Assembly: GCA_040954595.2 (NCBI GenBank)
Contig: CM082579.2
Span: forward strand, 5,204,879 to 5,268,878
Direction of reading: 5' to 3'
Length of the DNA stretch: 64,000 nt
Origin: Balanoglossus misakiensis
Lineage: Eukaryota > Animalia > Hemichordata
Below, in pieces: positions 37,201 to 49,755 of this stretch (its first letter is position 1; each line of letters starts with the position of its first letter). A program made the position numbers and the translations under genes. The notes under the pieces are model-generated. The model was not told the DNA's origin. It searched no databases and saw nothing but the letters and a program-made list of their open reading frames with translations.

Positions 37201-40200
37201 TATGAGTATACGAGCGATTGGAAGCTTGATAGAATGCATTAGACTGATACGCCGAGTGACACACACATTTGTTATGAATTCGTGCCAAAACAGTTCACAC
37301 CGCTATTATTATTTTTGCTTTCTGCACATTTATCCGTTGTAATTATGTTTTTCGTTTCCCAGGGGTGACCTCAAGCGATCAGTTGGAGTCGTTCTCGTGT
37401 CCAGATGGTTATTTCCGGTGCGGAAACGTGACGGAATGCGTACACCAAAAGTTCTTCTGCGACGACAAGGAGGACTGTGTTAACGGTTTTGATGAAACAC
37501 CCACAAAATGCAGTAAGTGTTTCGCTCACTGGAATCTAGCCGAAGATTCACCGCCAATGACAGTACATCAAATACACCATATGGGTGTTTGTGAGAAATT
37601 TCCCTTGCCCATGAATTAACTGACCAGCTACGAAAGAAAATTATTTCAAATACAATTGTTCGCAGTTACAACACCCGGAATCACAATAATACACTCAATA
37701 GACTGCCTGTGCTCCAAACCTAAATGAACGTTAACGAAATAAGGATGACACACAACTGTAAATGTTTCTCATCTCAGGAGACAATTTCGGCTGGGCAGAC
37801 TTGATATCAAGAATAGCGACTCTGACTCGATGGAACAACAACACGCTGCTGTCAACCAGCTTTTTCAATTGCGGTATGTACAGTAATATTTTAGCACACT
37901 GTGCGATTTCCAGCGTTCGGATAAACTTCGCCTGAACAGCTCCAAGACGCCGATAAGCTGAAATTAGTCTCCTGGAAAATTAAACTTCGCTCAAATGACT
38001 AGCACTCATTGATAAAGAGTGTGGTTTATTAGGTTTTACTTCTGGGTGATTATTATGGCAAAACCGCTTACCATTCATAATGAATGTTTTCCTTTTATCT
38101 AGCTTTTCCGTAGTTCGTTGGCTTTTACTAATCTGGCCTTATCGTAATACATGTACCAAGTAAATGAGACTACATATTCCAATGTCAGACTTTTATTTTT
38201 TCATCCATGCAGCCCTCGACGAGTATCCGGAAATATGCGAATGTACCAAAACAAGCGTGTCGTGTACTAACGCCAATCTGACAACCGTTCCAACAAACAT
38301 ATCAAGATCAGTAACAGGCTTGTAAGTAAAGTAACATCTTCACTGTTTCTCCACAGCTGAAAGGAACAAATTCGACGCATTTGATATTATCCATTCGATT
38401 TCAGTCATATAATAATTTATTATATTGCAACAATACGCATGTTTAAATGTGTAATTCATGACACGAGAACGCATTTGTCCTGTTTCACCTGCAGATACCT
38501 ATGGGAAAACAACATCAAACAGCTAACGCCAAGAATGTTTGTGAACTACCCAAATCTGAAAACTTTGTGAGTATGACAAAATTGGAACATGTTATGGACT
38601 TAACTGGTAACATTCCAAAGCTGTCATCCTTTATAGTACAACTAACGTTTTTTCGCGGAAGGGTGATAATGTACATCTCATCACCTTTTTTGCAGGAGTC
38701 TGTTTGGCAATGCTATAGAGAGACTACCAAGGGATACATTTAAGGGGCTTTCAAAGCTGCAGAAATTGTGAGTAAATAATGGAATTGGTCATGATTGCGC
38801 TAGATGAGTAAATGGGATTTTCTTGATGTTGTCGTTGTGACATCGGTCATGTTACCGTAAGATTTAATGACTCTACTTACACGAACAATTACTTGAAACT
38901 CAACTCCGATAATCAAAATTGCTATTTCCCATTCCCCGCTTCGGTTATTATCCCGTACCATGTCCAAGTAGCTCGAATCTCTCTTCAAATTCCAACGAAA
39001 GTCGAGAGAATGGCCCCTTTTGTTTAAATTGAAGTGATTTATCGATTAAAGAGGTCGGTTGATTGCCTGATATTCGGATTAACACGTAGACCATTTGATG
39101 GCCGGTGGAGATGGAAGTCAACTTAAGGAATAACACGCCATCACTTAGGGTAACAGCGATATCGACTGATTTAATGTACACAACATCATCACCGCCGATT
39201 TGGTGCCTTGTCCATTTGAATATCACGCGTCTCTGCAGCTTCCCAAAAAGTCAACCAATTCTGTACAAATTGAATCTCTGGGAAAAGATCTCAAATGATT
39301 GTGTCCGAGAGACTCGCATCCCAAATTTACCTCACGTTATTATTCCTAGCGTATATCATGTCTGCACAGTCTGATTTACTGGGGTCGATACACATCAAAA
39401 GACTCTTACCAAGAAACAGAAATGACGATTCTCCCAACATATACTCTTATTTTTATCTAGATATCTCAACGATAACAGAATCACAGAAATAGAACAGGAG
39501 GCATTCGCATCATTGGATAGTTTAGTGTGGCTGTAAGTATCAATAATTTCATATAGAGACTACCATTGATGGTATCAGCTGTGAATGTGTTGATTAAATG
39601 GCAGAGCTTTCTACAGAAACAGGTCACACGGAATCACACACAGTGAACAGATCAAGGTTGATCATGCTTGGCACAATAAAAAGTTCCTTCTAAATGACAT
39701 TTGATATAATTTTCTTTCCTTCACTCTAGAATGTTGGAGAACAACCACCTGAGTGCACTTGACGCCGGAATGTTTGAAGGGCTTGGAAATGTATATTATT
39801 TGTAAGTGGGCATAAACATCCCCTTTCCAGATTTAGTTTTATTAAAATATGAAAAAAAGTAAAACGTAAATCCATCTTGTAATACACAGCACTTCACTTA
39901 TCGCCTGATGTGTATGAACAGAAATACTCCTTCACTTTCAGAAATTTAGAAGGAAATGACCTCACCGGAAATGAGTTGAAATCGCAAATCTTTGTCAACA
40001 TGCCGTCCCTGGAGTGGCTGTAAGTTCACGTCTTTAACGGTATCCAATGACCATATCTGACAAGTTTCACCTAAAGTGCTTTGTTTATACAACTGACAAT
40101 GGCATGGTAGCCTTCAAATCAACACACCATGATATGCCACGATAAACTGAAATGAATGGTTGGGGTTCAGTATCTGCCGATGCGACTGAAATCTGTCTAT

Positions 40201-43200
40201 AATCGCGCGTTTCGAAAAAGAGTATCTAAACAAGTTGGTTCAGTAACCATGGCGCTCGTGACAATTTCTAATTACCCCATTCTGCCTGAATTTGCACTAA
40301 ACACGCTTCCATGTGTTCTACTTGTTGTACATGCAGGGAACTAGGACACAATCACATACAGTTCTTAGAAGCAGGGATGTTTCCTGACAACTCCGCATTA
40401 AAAGTACTGTGAGTATGAATACAGAAAGGCAGATTTCGAAGGATATGGATATATTTATCCCAAAACACAGATTTAAATGTGCATGGTGATTGATGCAATG
40501 ATGATTTGAATAATTTCTATCGACACATATGCGGTCATGCGTAAGAGATGTAATCGGTTGAATCTATGTACTCTCATACACCGAAAGATGAAACAGCTTA
40601 TACATTGTAAGTCGATAAAGCCAACATTCTAAAATCGGCCATGCATTTTATGACTGACATGTCAAGTGTGGTGCGTTAATCTGCGGAATATACTACAGAA
40701 GCGATGGAATTTCAACAGGAAAAGCCACGAACGCAGCCTTTTCGATCCACCAACGGACGCTGTGTGGCTTAATGTTCAGTAGTTTCCTATGAGCATGCAT
40801 GTCTCGTTCAGTTTTTCATTGCCACCTCATAAGAACCACCAATCTTGGCGTCCTTTTAATCGAGAACCGTAATGCGAATCCAATTTCAGGTTCATGGGAA
40901 ATAATGCGATCGAGAGTGTCCACGAAGACACCTTTGCAAACCTGAGCAGCCTTGAAGACTTGTAAGTGAGATGTTTCTCTCGTTTGTGCGCATTTCTATC
41001 GATATGCCAATTATCGGTGTCGGCGAACAGGTTCAATTTATTGCCGCGAAGAGTCGCATCTGGAATGCTGATCAATGATAGATGTAATACTCACAGCATC
41101 ATCTGTATAACTAACGCAACCTTGAGATTTAAGGGAATCGGGAAATAAGAAGCGCGAGCTAATTCCGACGACGCACAATCTAGCAATGTCTTTTTCCCCC
41201 TTTCCCCACAAGTTTACGTGTCCCTACTACAGGGAGTAATTAAAGTGAATTGTTTGTGTAAACTGAATGGTTTGTGCCACTGTGTATAACTTTTAAAAGC
41301 AAAGTTGATCACCAGCAAAGAATAAAAATAATGTTGGTAATGTGCGATCTTCCGTGAAGGAAGTTTAATAAATCTCACCGTTTACCTTTGCAACAAGCTC
41401 TCGTCCTCTGCGATTAGGAAATTGTGATTTTCTCAACCGTGACCATCTTCAACGTGCTATCATTTATCTCCGCTTTCAGGGATTTAGCAGGGAATCTGAT
41501 TTCGACAATTCCTCCCAAGACATTCCATAACTTGATCAATCTGGCTAAGTTGTAAGTATCGGTATATCCCATCTGTGAAATTAATTTGTGAACGGGTTAT
41601 TCGTGTGCGAAGTGCATGTAATTGATGAAATAAAAAAATAATTACATTCATTTCATAGACAAAAATACAGCAATTAGAAGTTGATTGATGTTTCACAGTT
41701 CATTTCACTGGATGAAAATAATTATCAAATTTCCGAAACGATTACAATTTCCGTTAAATATCTTGACAGGAATTTGAGCAATAACCGAAGGCTTCGCCGG
41801 TTGTCCCTTGACCTCTTTGGCAACCTTCAGAATCTCAGGACACTGTAAGTAGGTTTTCCTAAACACTTCTCCGCTCCCTTGACATTGCATGCTTTTATGT
41901 GTATAGGCCCGAAACTGCGAGAGCTAACTATAATAATACGGGTGGCGAAAGGTTTTGCACACAAAACACTCACGGCAAAAACAATGTCCAGTGTTCCCGA
42001 GCGAATAACGACGAAACGGCAAATTCCTGTGTCTGGAACGCAGCCACTCGCTTGATGGCGACTGTCGTTCGTAGACGGTCGGCGGTGAGTGGACGTCAGC
42101 GTAGGTAGGTAACCGAGGCTCGCAACCGGTGACTGGCAGGTATACAGCAGATGAACGCACGTCCAACCAACACGAACACGAACGGAAACATTGACGCTTT
42201 ACCCCGGAGCAACACGCGGTGACCAGTAGAACGTTGGTGGAGAAATGGAACCCCCAGGACCTGAAGCATCGACTTTTATATGTCCAGTTTCGCATCACGT
42301 CTGTTTCAATCGCGGTCCCATAAGCCGATTGGCGTAATCGATGTCAACCAACAGATGCAGCACTTGCAACATGCAAATATCCCGCTCAGTTACCTACTTG
42401 TAAACACCATGTGCCTGTAACTGCAACATGCAAATTCACTGAAACTGTCGTTAACCCAACAGAATTCAGAATCATTAATCGCTTGATGTTGTGTTTCACC
42501 AGAAACCTGGATGGAGTGAAGATTATGAATATACATATAGACATGTTTAAGGACTTGCAACATTTGGAACATCTGTGAGTAAACAGGGGTTATTCATATT
42601 GGGGGAAATTATAAATATAATGGTACTTACTTGAAGTGGAACGTTTATTCGAATAATCAATGTGATATACTTTTAAGCAACATTTCAGTGGATATCGATC
42701 TGACTGTGGTTGGGTGGACAGTGATGGATATAAGAGAAATACAGGAGGGAGGAAGAGAGGGGAGGGGAGGGAGGGAGGGTCACATACATTGTCACTGTTT
42801 TATAAACAGGCATCTGAGGCGATACAGTCGCCGGGAAGGAGTCGCTTACCGTTCTTTTTTTCTATGGGCCAGGTATTTCGCCAAGTTTTATTACTGCTCA
42901 TACGCCATTCACGTCCGGGACTGTTACCCGAAATCGGACGGCATATCCTCTCTGGAAGACCTGCTGGCAAACAAGGTGCTGCGTTGCTTCATATGGATCG
43001 TCGCTGTCACTACTATCGTTTGCAACTTGGCCGTTATATTGGGGCGCGTGTGCGTCATGAAGGTCGAAAACAAGGTCCACTCGCTTCTGATAAAGAATCT
43101 GTGCGGTAAGGGAAAGGTTTGGAGAAGTTCGAACACAGACAGCGGTTAAATACAATGAAATAGGCCGGTCGTGGTGAAGTTAGCGTTGTGCTAAGGCGAA

Positions 43201-45943
43201 GGGGACAATTTTTCTGCCCGTCATCACCTGAAAAAAATAACCGCCATTATTTTGGTAACTTAATTTAATTTAAAAATAAATAAATGTGTTATTCGTCACT
43301 TTAGACCAGAGGAGACCGACTGTGCGAAAAAAGCACACGTAGAATATTATCTCAGCTTTTTAGTCGAAGTCAGATATGACAGAGGCTTGTCATGGCAACA
43401 AGCTGCGAAGCAGTCTTATGCAAATAATGGGTGATGAGCTTACTGTATGTAGTGTGGCGTGGAATTGAGAAGGATTCAATGTCTTTGAACATAGGCCGGT
43501 TCATTAAAACTTTCAAATGGCCTGTCTTGTGTCTTATGCAAATGTATTACATGTGTATCTTCCGAGTTGTGCGGATTGCCCCGAGGTATTACAGTAAAGT
43601 ACACACTGGAGTTCACAGAATACCTTTGCAAAGACGGAATGTGTATATAATTGTTGTGTAAATCCAGCAACGAAACATTAAAATGTCGTGGTGCATTAAA
43701 CAAACGCACGCCATACGGACTTGCGAAGACAACGAAATGCTTTCTAATGAAGGGTGTGCGTATATATCGCATGATACGCCTGCTGTATAATTCATTGGGT
43801 TTTGTTCAATGTGGATTCTTTCAATGGTGACACAATCTACAGATAAGGTTCTTAAAGATTCCTTGAAATCAATTTCTCTCTTGAAGAGAGTGGATTTCAT
43901 GGGCTGATCTTATATCGCGGAGGTGAGCGCTCCGTTCAGGCGAAAACACAATCAATTCCTTAAGAAAGGTGTCGACGCTGTTATGGTTTCGTGGTTTACT
44001 GAACATGCAGAGAAATTGTGTTTGTACTGAAGTCGTACACACAGTCCTGGCTGCATCCCCGAAGACACGGATGTGCAATTAAACACCTAAATGGGTTTGG
44101 TTCAGATACTGTAACGAGAATACCCACGAGGCTTACCTCAAAACCGCCATAATTGAACAGTTGCTTACATGTATCAATGACAACTCCGGCTTTTGCTCGG
44201 CTAATTGTGACCGGTAGACCCACTCCTCTATATAAAGTTAGTTTTGTTTTTAAAAATCAACACCGTGCTGTCAACGAGAAGAGAAACAGCCAACATTTTA
44301 GCACTTCGGTTTTCATGGGAAATTCTGTCACAAACTTTACTATCACTATGTGTTTTATCACTACCTTCAGGTGCGGATCTACTGATGGGAGTCTATCTGC
44401 TAATTATCGGCTCCCACGACTTGATGTACCGTGACCACTACTACCTATACTCGCACAAGTGGATGACCAGCTGGACCTGCAGCCTCTCCGGGTTTCTGGC
44501 CGTCTTCTCCTCCGAGACGTCGCTGTTGGTTCTGACGGTCATCTCTGTGCAGCGCTTTCTCTGTATCGTGTTCCACACCCGCATGATCCACTTCAAGTAC
44601 AGCTACGGCGTCGTGTCGATCGCCGTCGCCTGGATCACCGCCGCCGCCCTGGCCGCTTTCCCCTTCTCCGTGCCGCCGCTGAAGCACTTCTACGGCAAAA
44701 ATGGCGCCTGTTTCCCGCTCCTCAATCCCAACGAGCCGTTCGAGGCGGGATGGCAGTACTCGGTTGTCATGTTTCTGGGGCTCAACGCGGTTTGTTTTCT
44801 GCTGATATTTGGTTCCTACGTCGGTAAGTTATAAAAAAAACTTCGAATATTTGAACTCAGGCAACTTGCAGTTGAAATGCTACGGCAGTAGGTTAGTTGC
44901 TAATCACAGACTTTTTTTTCAGGCATGTTTTACAGCATACGGGAAACCAGGAATGCCGCCCTGAAGGACGTGAACCTGAGACGCAAAGGGGACATGAATT
45001 TCGCCCGGCGTTTCGTCTTCATAGTGGTCAGCAATGCTCTGTGTCTGGTGCCTATCATGCTAATAACGGTGTTGATCTTCACAGAGGTACACGTTCCGGG
45101 TTAGTAACAGCCAAATTGATTTTTCCCTCTTTATGTTAAAAAAAAATTAAAAGACATCTGAATGTTAACATCAGGTTGTTGGTCGTTTGATGCCCAAGAA
45201 AATCTCAACACTAAAACATCAAAATTTGGGATTTCTACAAAGAAAGGTTCAGAATATATCCCTTGTTTGTTCGACACTGAAAAAAGTTAAAACAGAACTT
45301 TTATTGCTGTGGTTCATTTGTATTTTTACTAGGTCAAGTGTACGCTTGGACGACGGTTTTTGTCGTTCCGATTAACAGTGCCAGCGACCCACTGCTTTAT
45401 ACCTTGACGACGTTGCCATGCAAACAGGGATGCTTGGGAATTGTTAACAGAAGACTGAAGCGCAAGAAAGCGTGTGGTACACGCAAAATGCTCGTCAGTA
45501 AGTTTCCTTATATCGTTTCTGTCATAAGATATCTCCCATTGAAATACCTAATCCTATTCGTTACACAGCGCAGTCAGTGGCAGAATTGGGCCAGGGAACC
45601 ATGCCCTGTTTATGATCTTTTTCTGTTATCAAGTGGGGTAGGGCGGACACTGGCACGTGTGTTAGAAATGGTTAACTATTTATCGTATTCATAAGGCCAA
45701 GCAGTGTGTTTCACCGTAGCTGTCTCGGGAATTCAGTCCTATTGTATGCCGGTGTCATAATCACGTTGAATCTCGTTCTCCACACACACAGGCAGTCTCA
45801 CGACCTCTCGTGGTTCGCGGGATTCGTCGACGGCAACGCGCATGACCAGCTCAGGGTCCATCGCCAGCCCATCACAGGAGACCAGGCCCGACATTGACAT
45901 GGACACTGTCCAACCCCTAACACCAATTACGACAGACGTTTAA
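31246..45943 (+). CDS. Relaxin-family receptor (RXFP1/2-like, LGR type C: LDLa + LRR + 7TM)
   Basis: Exon 1 MLFAITLFMVLSG (31246-31282) splices in phase 1 to the LDLa exon at 37363 (CPDGYFRCGNVTECVHQKFFCDDKEDCVNGFDE). Linker exon RDNFGW (37778), then a series of ~72-nt LRR exons (38495-42574), hinge YCSYAIHVRDCYPKSDGISSLEDLL, ADLLMGVYLLIIG, FYGKNGACFPL, FARRFVFIVVSNALC and VVPINSASDPLLYT. Stop at 45943. Confidence 0.92.
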
Positions 45944-48900
45944 TACATATCAGACGAATTGCCAGATGGGAATAAGATTTTCAGGATACCAAATCATTTT
46001 TATCTTTTATCGAGTCACTTATTACCACATACAGAAACGGGTACGTGTCCACGAGTGGACTAAAAAGTTTGTTACAATAAATTAGACAAAATTTGTATAT
46101 TCAGTCAGAGGAAAAAAAACTCAATTTTTTATACTCGCTGAAGCATTGCATACCATATGTAAAGATACAGTTTTATGGATACAAGGTATTAGTCGTCTGT
46201 ATCCAGAATTTCGATTTTGTCAATGAACTGTTTTAATATTGTCATTAGAAAGATTTTGAACGATGTTTCTATGCTATTATATTTTGATTCGAAAAACACG
46301 TTTCGTTGCCACTTATCAGATATCACACTTTTATGTACAGTTGATAAGTATTCATTTATTTACTTGTTTGTGTAAGGCGAGACGTTGTAACCACTGTGTA
46401 GCTTATGGGATAAATTTAAATGTACATTTACACCATATTAAGGCTTTGCAATACATATTCATGCTGCCCACCAAGTTAAATTTATGGCCGAGAAAAGAAT
46501 TGAAGACACTGACAGGATCGCGCTACCCTCACGAAAGTTAAAACTTTGCCTATTGTGGCTAAGTTAGAGGCAGTGACAGTATGGTTTTGTGTAATGTAAT
46601 GGGCAATAACGACCTTTTTTCAATGGGTCCAGAGATTGTGCCATTTGGGCGACTATTGAAGACCAATAAAGTAGTAAACATGCAGCTTACCAATGATTGC
46701 TTCTTTGATTTAAAAAAAACAAACAATAATATTTCCACAAAGTGGTTTAATTTGGATCGTATGGTTCAGTGTCACTGTTCTAGGAAAGCCAGGGAACTCT
46801 GCTGCATGAATTATTTACAGTGCGAGAGGGTGGACTAACAAATTTACAAATCAGTTGGTGCAAGACCCCCATCAAATTATCAATTCTTCATTTGAATGGG
46901 GTTGTTTCATATCACGGACGGAAGAAAGACTTATCATCTGCGAGTCAGTTTAAAAATTACTATAGACATTTCACTTTCTCTTTATACAGAAATAGTAGTC
47001 GGTTATGATTTGTACATTAAATATTTTGCTAGACAAAATGGACGGAAATGTTGACAATAATCGTGGTAATTACATTATCATGAGGAGAAAACCTCAGTGT
47101 ATATTGTGTTCACAGGGTATGTGCTACGTGCACTGCACTAGATATATGTGTGTTCTAAGCCAACTGACAATATATAATCAATCAGACATGAAGTAAATGT
47201 GTTTTGGAAAAAAAATATTTTGTAAAACTCTAATCAGGTCCGGGCTTCTCAAAATTAACAACTGTCCACTAAACGTGAAAATATGTTTCCCTGTAAATGT
47301 GAAAGTTGGCAATATCGAAAAAACAACAATTGTAGAAGGGAAATTGTGATAATATCGACAGTAGTCACATCCTGGCCTGGCGCTAAGCGCCTTGGTTGTC
47401 GAATATCTTTACACTATAGTTTACAATATATCTTGTTGTAGAGTCACCACTCTTCACATTCAAAGTCGGTACGAATATAATTGATCGAGATTGTGCGAGT
47501 AACCCAGGTATGCTGCTTGCCCAGTTGTCAAGTTCCGCTTCAGCTGAACTTACTATAGATCACTCCTGCCTGGACTGTTAGACGGTGAAGATTTTCATTG
47601 TGTTCCAAAATATATATTTCTTGACTGTGTACAATATGTATGGACACAGCGACCGAATTGTGCAGTTGAAAGAAGTAACTAGATTTGGTGACGTTCGAGA
47701 AACTGTGCTTGCCACTACAGCGCAGGCTCGGACGACCCACGTGACACCAAAGACCCTTATTAGGGCACCGTCGTTTCAAAGAATGCATCACCACGGTTCA
47801 TCGCATGGACGGTTGAGTGTCAGCTGGTCCTTAGACGACCCATGCGTCGTATATTCCGGTTTTCTTTTTTTCATACCCACTGAAGGCTGTATTAGAAGAA
47901 AAACGTGCGATTTATAAATACCATACCACAACTGGGTGAGATGAAACAGAAATATTTTGATGCTCAGTGTTTCGCTGTGCGTATAAGAAAGCATATGCTC
48001 TGAAGCCGAGGGACTACTCGAAATGAAAAATGTTGTCATTTCCCACATGTTACATTTATCGTACATCGATTAATTAAAAAAATAGGTAGAAAATAAGACG
48101 TTCCCTCCCTACCTTTTTCTATAATATGGTAATACGACATAAAGAGAATTTATTGCGCGCTCGAAACTTCGGATTATTCTATCAAAGTGCATGGAACTTT
48201 CGTTTCGACGTTTTTAAACTAATTTACAACGTATTATACGCCAACGGCACCTTTTAATCTACATGATGTCGTTGGTATAACTGCTGATATTACCGTCGAT
48301 GGAGTTTTTATCTCTGTCATTACGTGTATGCGAAATCTCGATAACATTTCGTATAAGCTCATTATTCAATAAGATAATACTTAACGACTCATTTCGGGTG
48401 CAGTGCGGTTCCATTTTTGTATAGCATTACATGAGACTCTCTTTTTTAATGTCACAGATAATAATATCCTCCAATACATCTGTCGTATGCACGAATGCTT
48501 ATAGGCTCAATTTTTCTTCGACATTTCCGTGAGGCTTGTGAAAGATCTCTAATTGCGTATATAGTTAATTGTACAGTATAGTTAGGCAGTCAATTTTTCT
48601 ATCCGGTATCACTTAGGATCACCAATCGGAGACACGCTGTGATAATAGGGATACTAATTCGAAGAGCGTTTGTGGGCATCTTGCTTCAGATTTAATGTTC
48701 ATTACGGAAGTACTCTAACTGTGGGCCTGCGGCCTTTCTGTCAAAATTTCTCATCACCTGAAAACGCGTTTGGTTCAACTCCAGTTTCTGGATGTGTTGA
48801 AAAACCAAATGATGCATGGACAGTTCTTTACGTTTTACACCGTAAAACAAGAAACCAGGGTTGAAACGACCAAAAACGAAAGCACCGAGTACTGTAGCTA

Positions 48901-49755
48901 CCGACCCAGTAAACATCAAACTGACAGACTGACGCGGTTCCGTTCTTCTTGACCCGGTGACATGTCTTTTATCAGTACGCTGGATAAGTGCATTTTTTTG
49001 CTGACGTGGGAAACCCGCAACAATGATGTCAGAAACGGTTTTACTCCAAACCCCTTATATACACGCCAGATCCATATTGTAATATTCCTTCAGGAGCTCT
49101 TGAAGTTGACATGTCTTTCAACCACGTGTACTGGTGGTGGTTGTTCCAGAACACAAATCACCAAAGGAGAGCACTTCATCTGATAATGCTACGAGAACGG
49201 CGGTAGCATCATTATATGCTTCCTTTCTCAAAAGAAATGTTTTAAGTATACCAGAATGCTTTTAAGTAGATGACTCGGAGATCAGCGAGTCACCCCGCGC
49301 CATTAATCTTTCCCACTTCTAAATTTTCCGCTGACTCCACGATTGGTATATCGTACCTCCCCTGTGTGCATTAGGCATCCAGTACACCATTGCTAACAGA
49401 GTGTTAAATGTGTGCTGTCGAATCGGTTAGTTATTTTTTCACGATTATATGCCACAACTGAGCCTAAATACCGCTTACATCATGCGTACACAATCAATGC
49501 AATGGCGGACAGGGTACTGAAAAGAAATGCGTTTTCTATCCCACCGCAATGACATATTAGACTTGAAGAGTTTCTAGTATGGACAGAAATAACCGGGGTG
49601 CTATTTTTCACGCAAGGTGAGGTGATTGTCACCGTTTTCGTGCAATAGCTTGTAGGAGGGTCACAGTATATTTGGTAGATCCAGATTCTGAAAAACGCCA
49701 GCCCTCTCCCTCAGTTAATTCTGTCCAGACCCTGGGGTTAGCTTTGTATCTGGCC

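Noticed and set aside
31300-37350. Many 60-125 aa ORFs in the 6-kb first intron of the receptor, and similar ORFs at 46000-49700
   Set aside because: No domain motifs and no transposase or reverse-transcriptase signatures. Their lengths are as expected by chance.
41899-42298. GC-richer intronic ORFs in the RXFP-like gene
   Set aside because: No LRR pattern and no suitable splice sites. The neighbouring LRR exons connect without them.
44445-44827. Overlapping alternative-frame ORFs
   Set aside because: A by-product of the high GC3 in the receptor TM exon.
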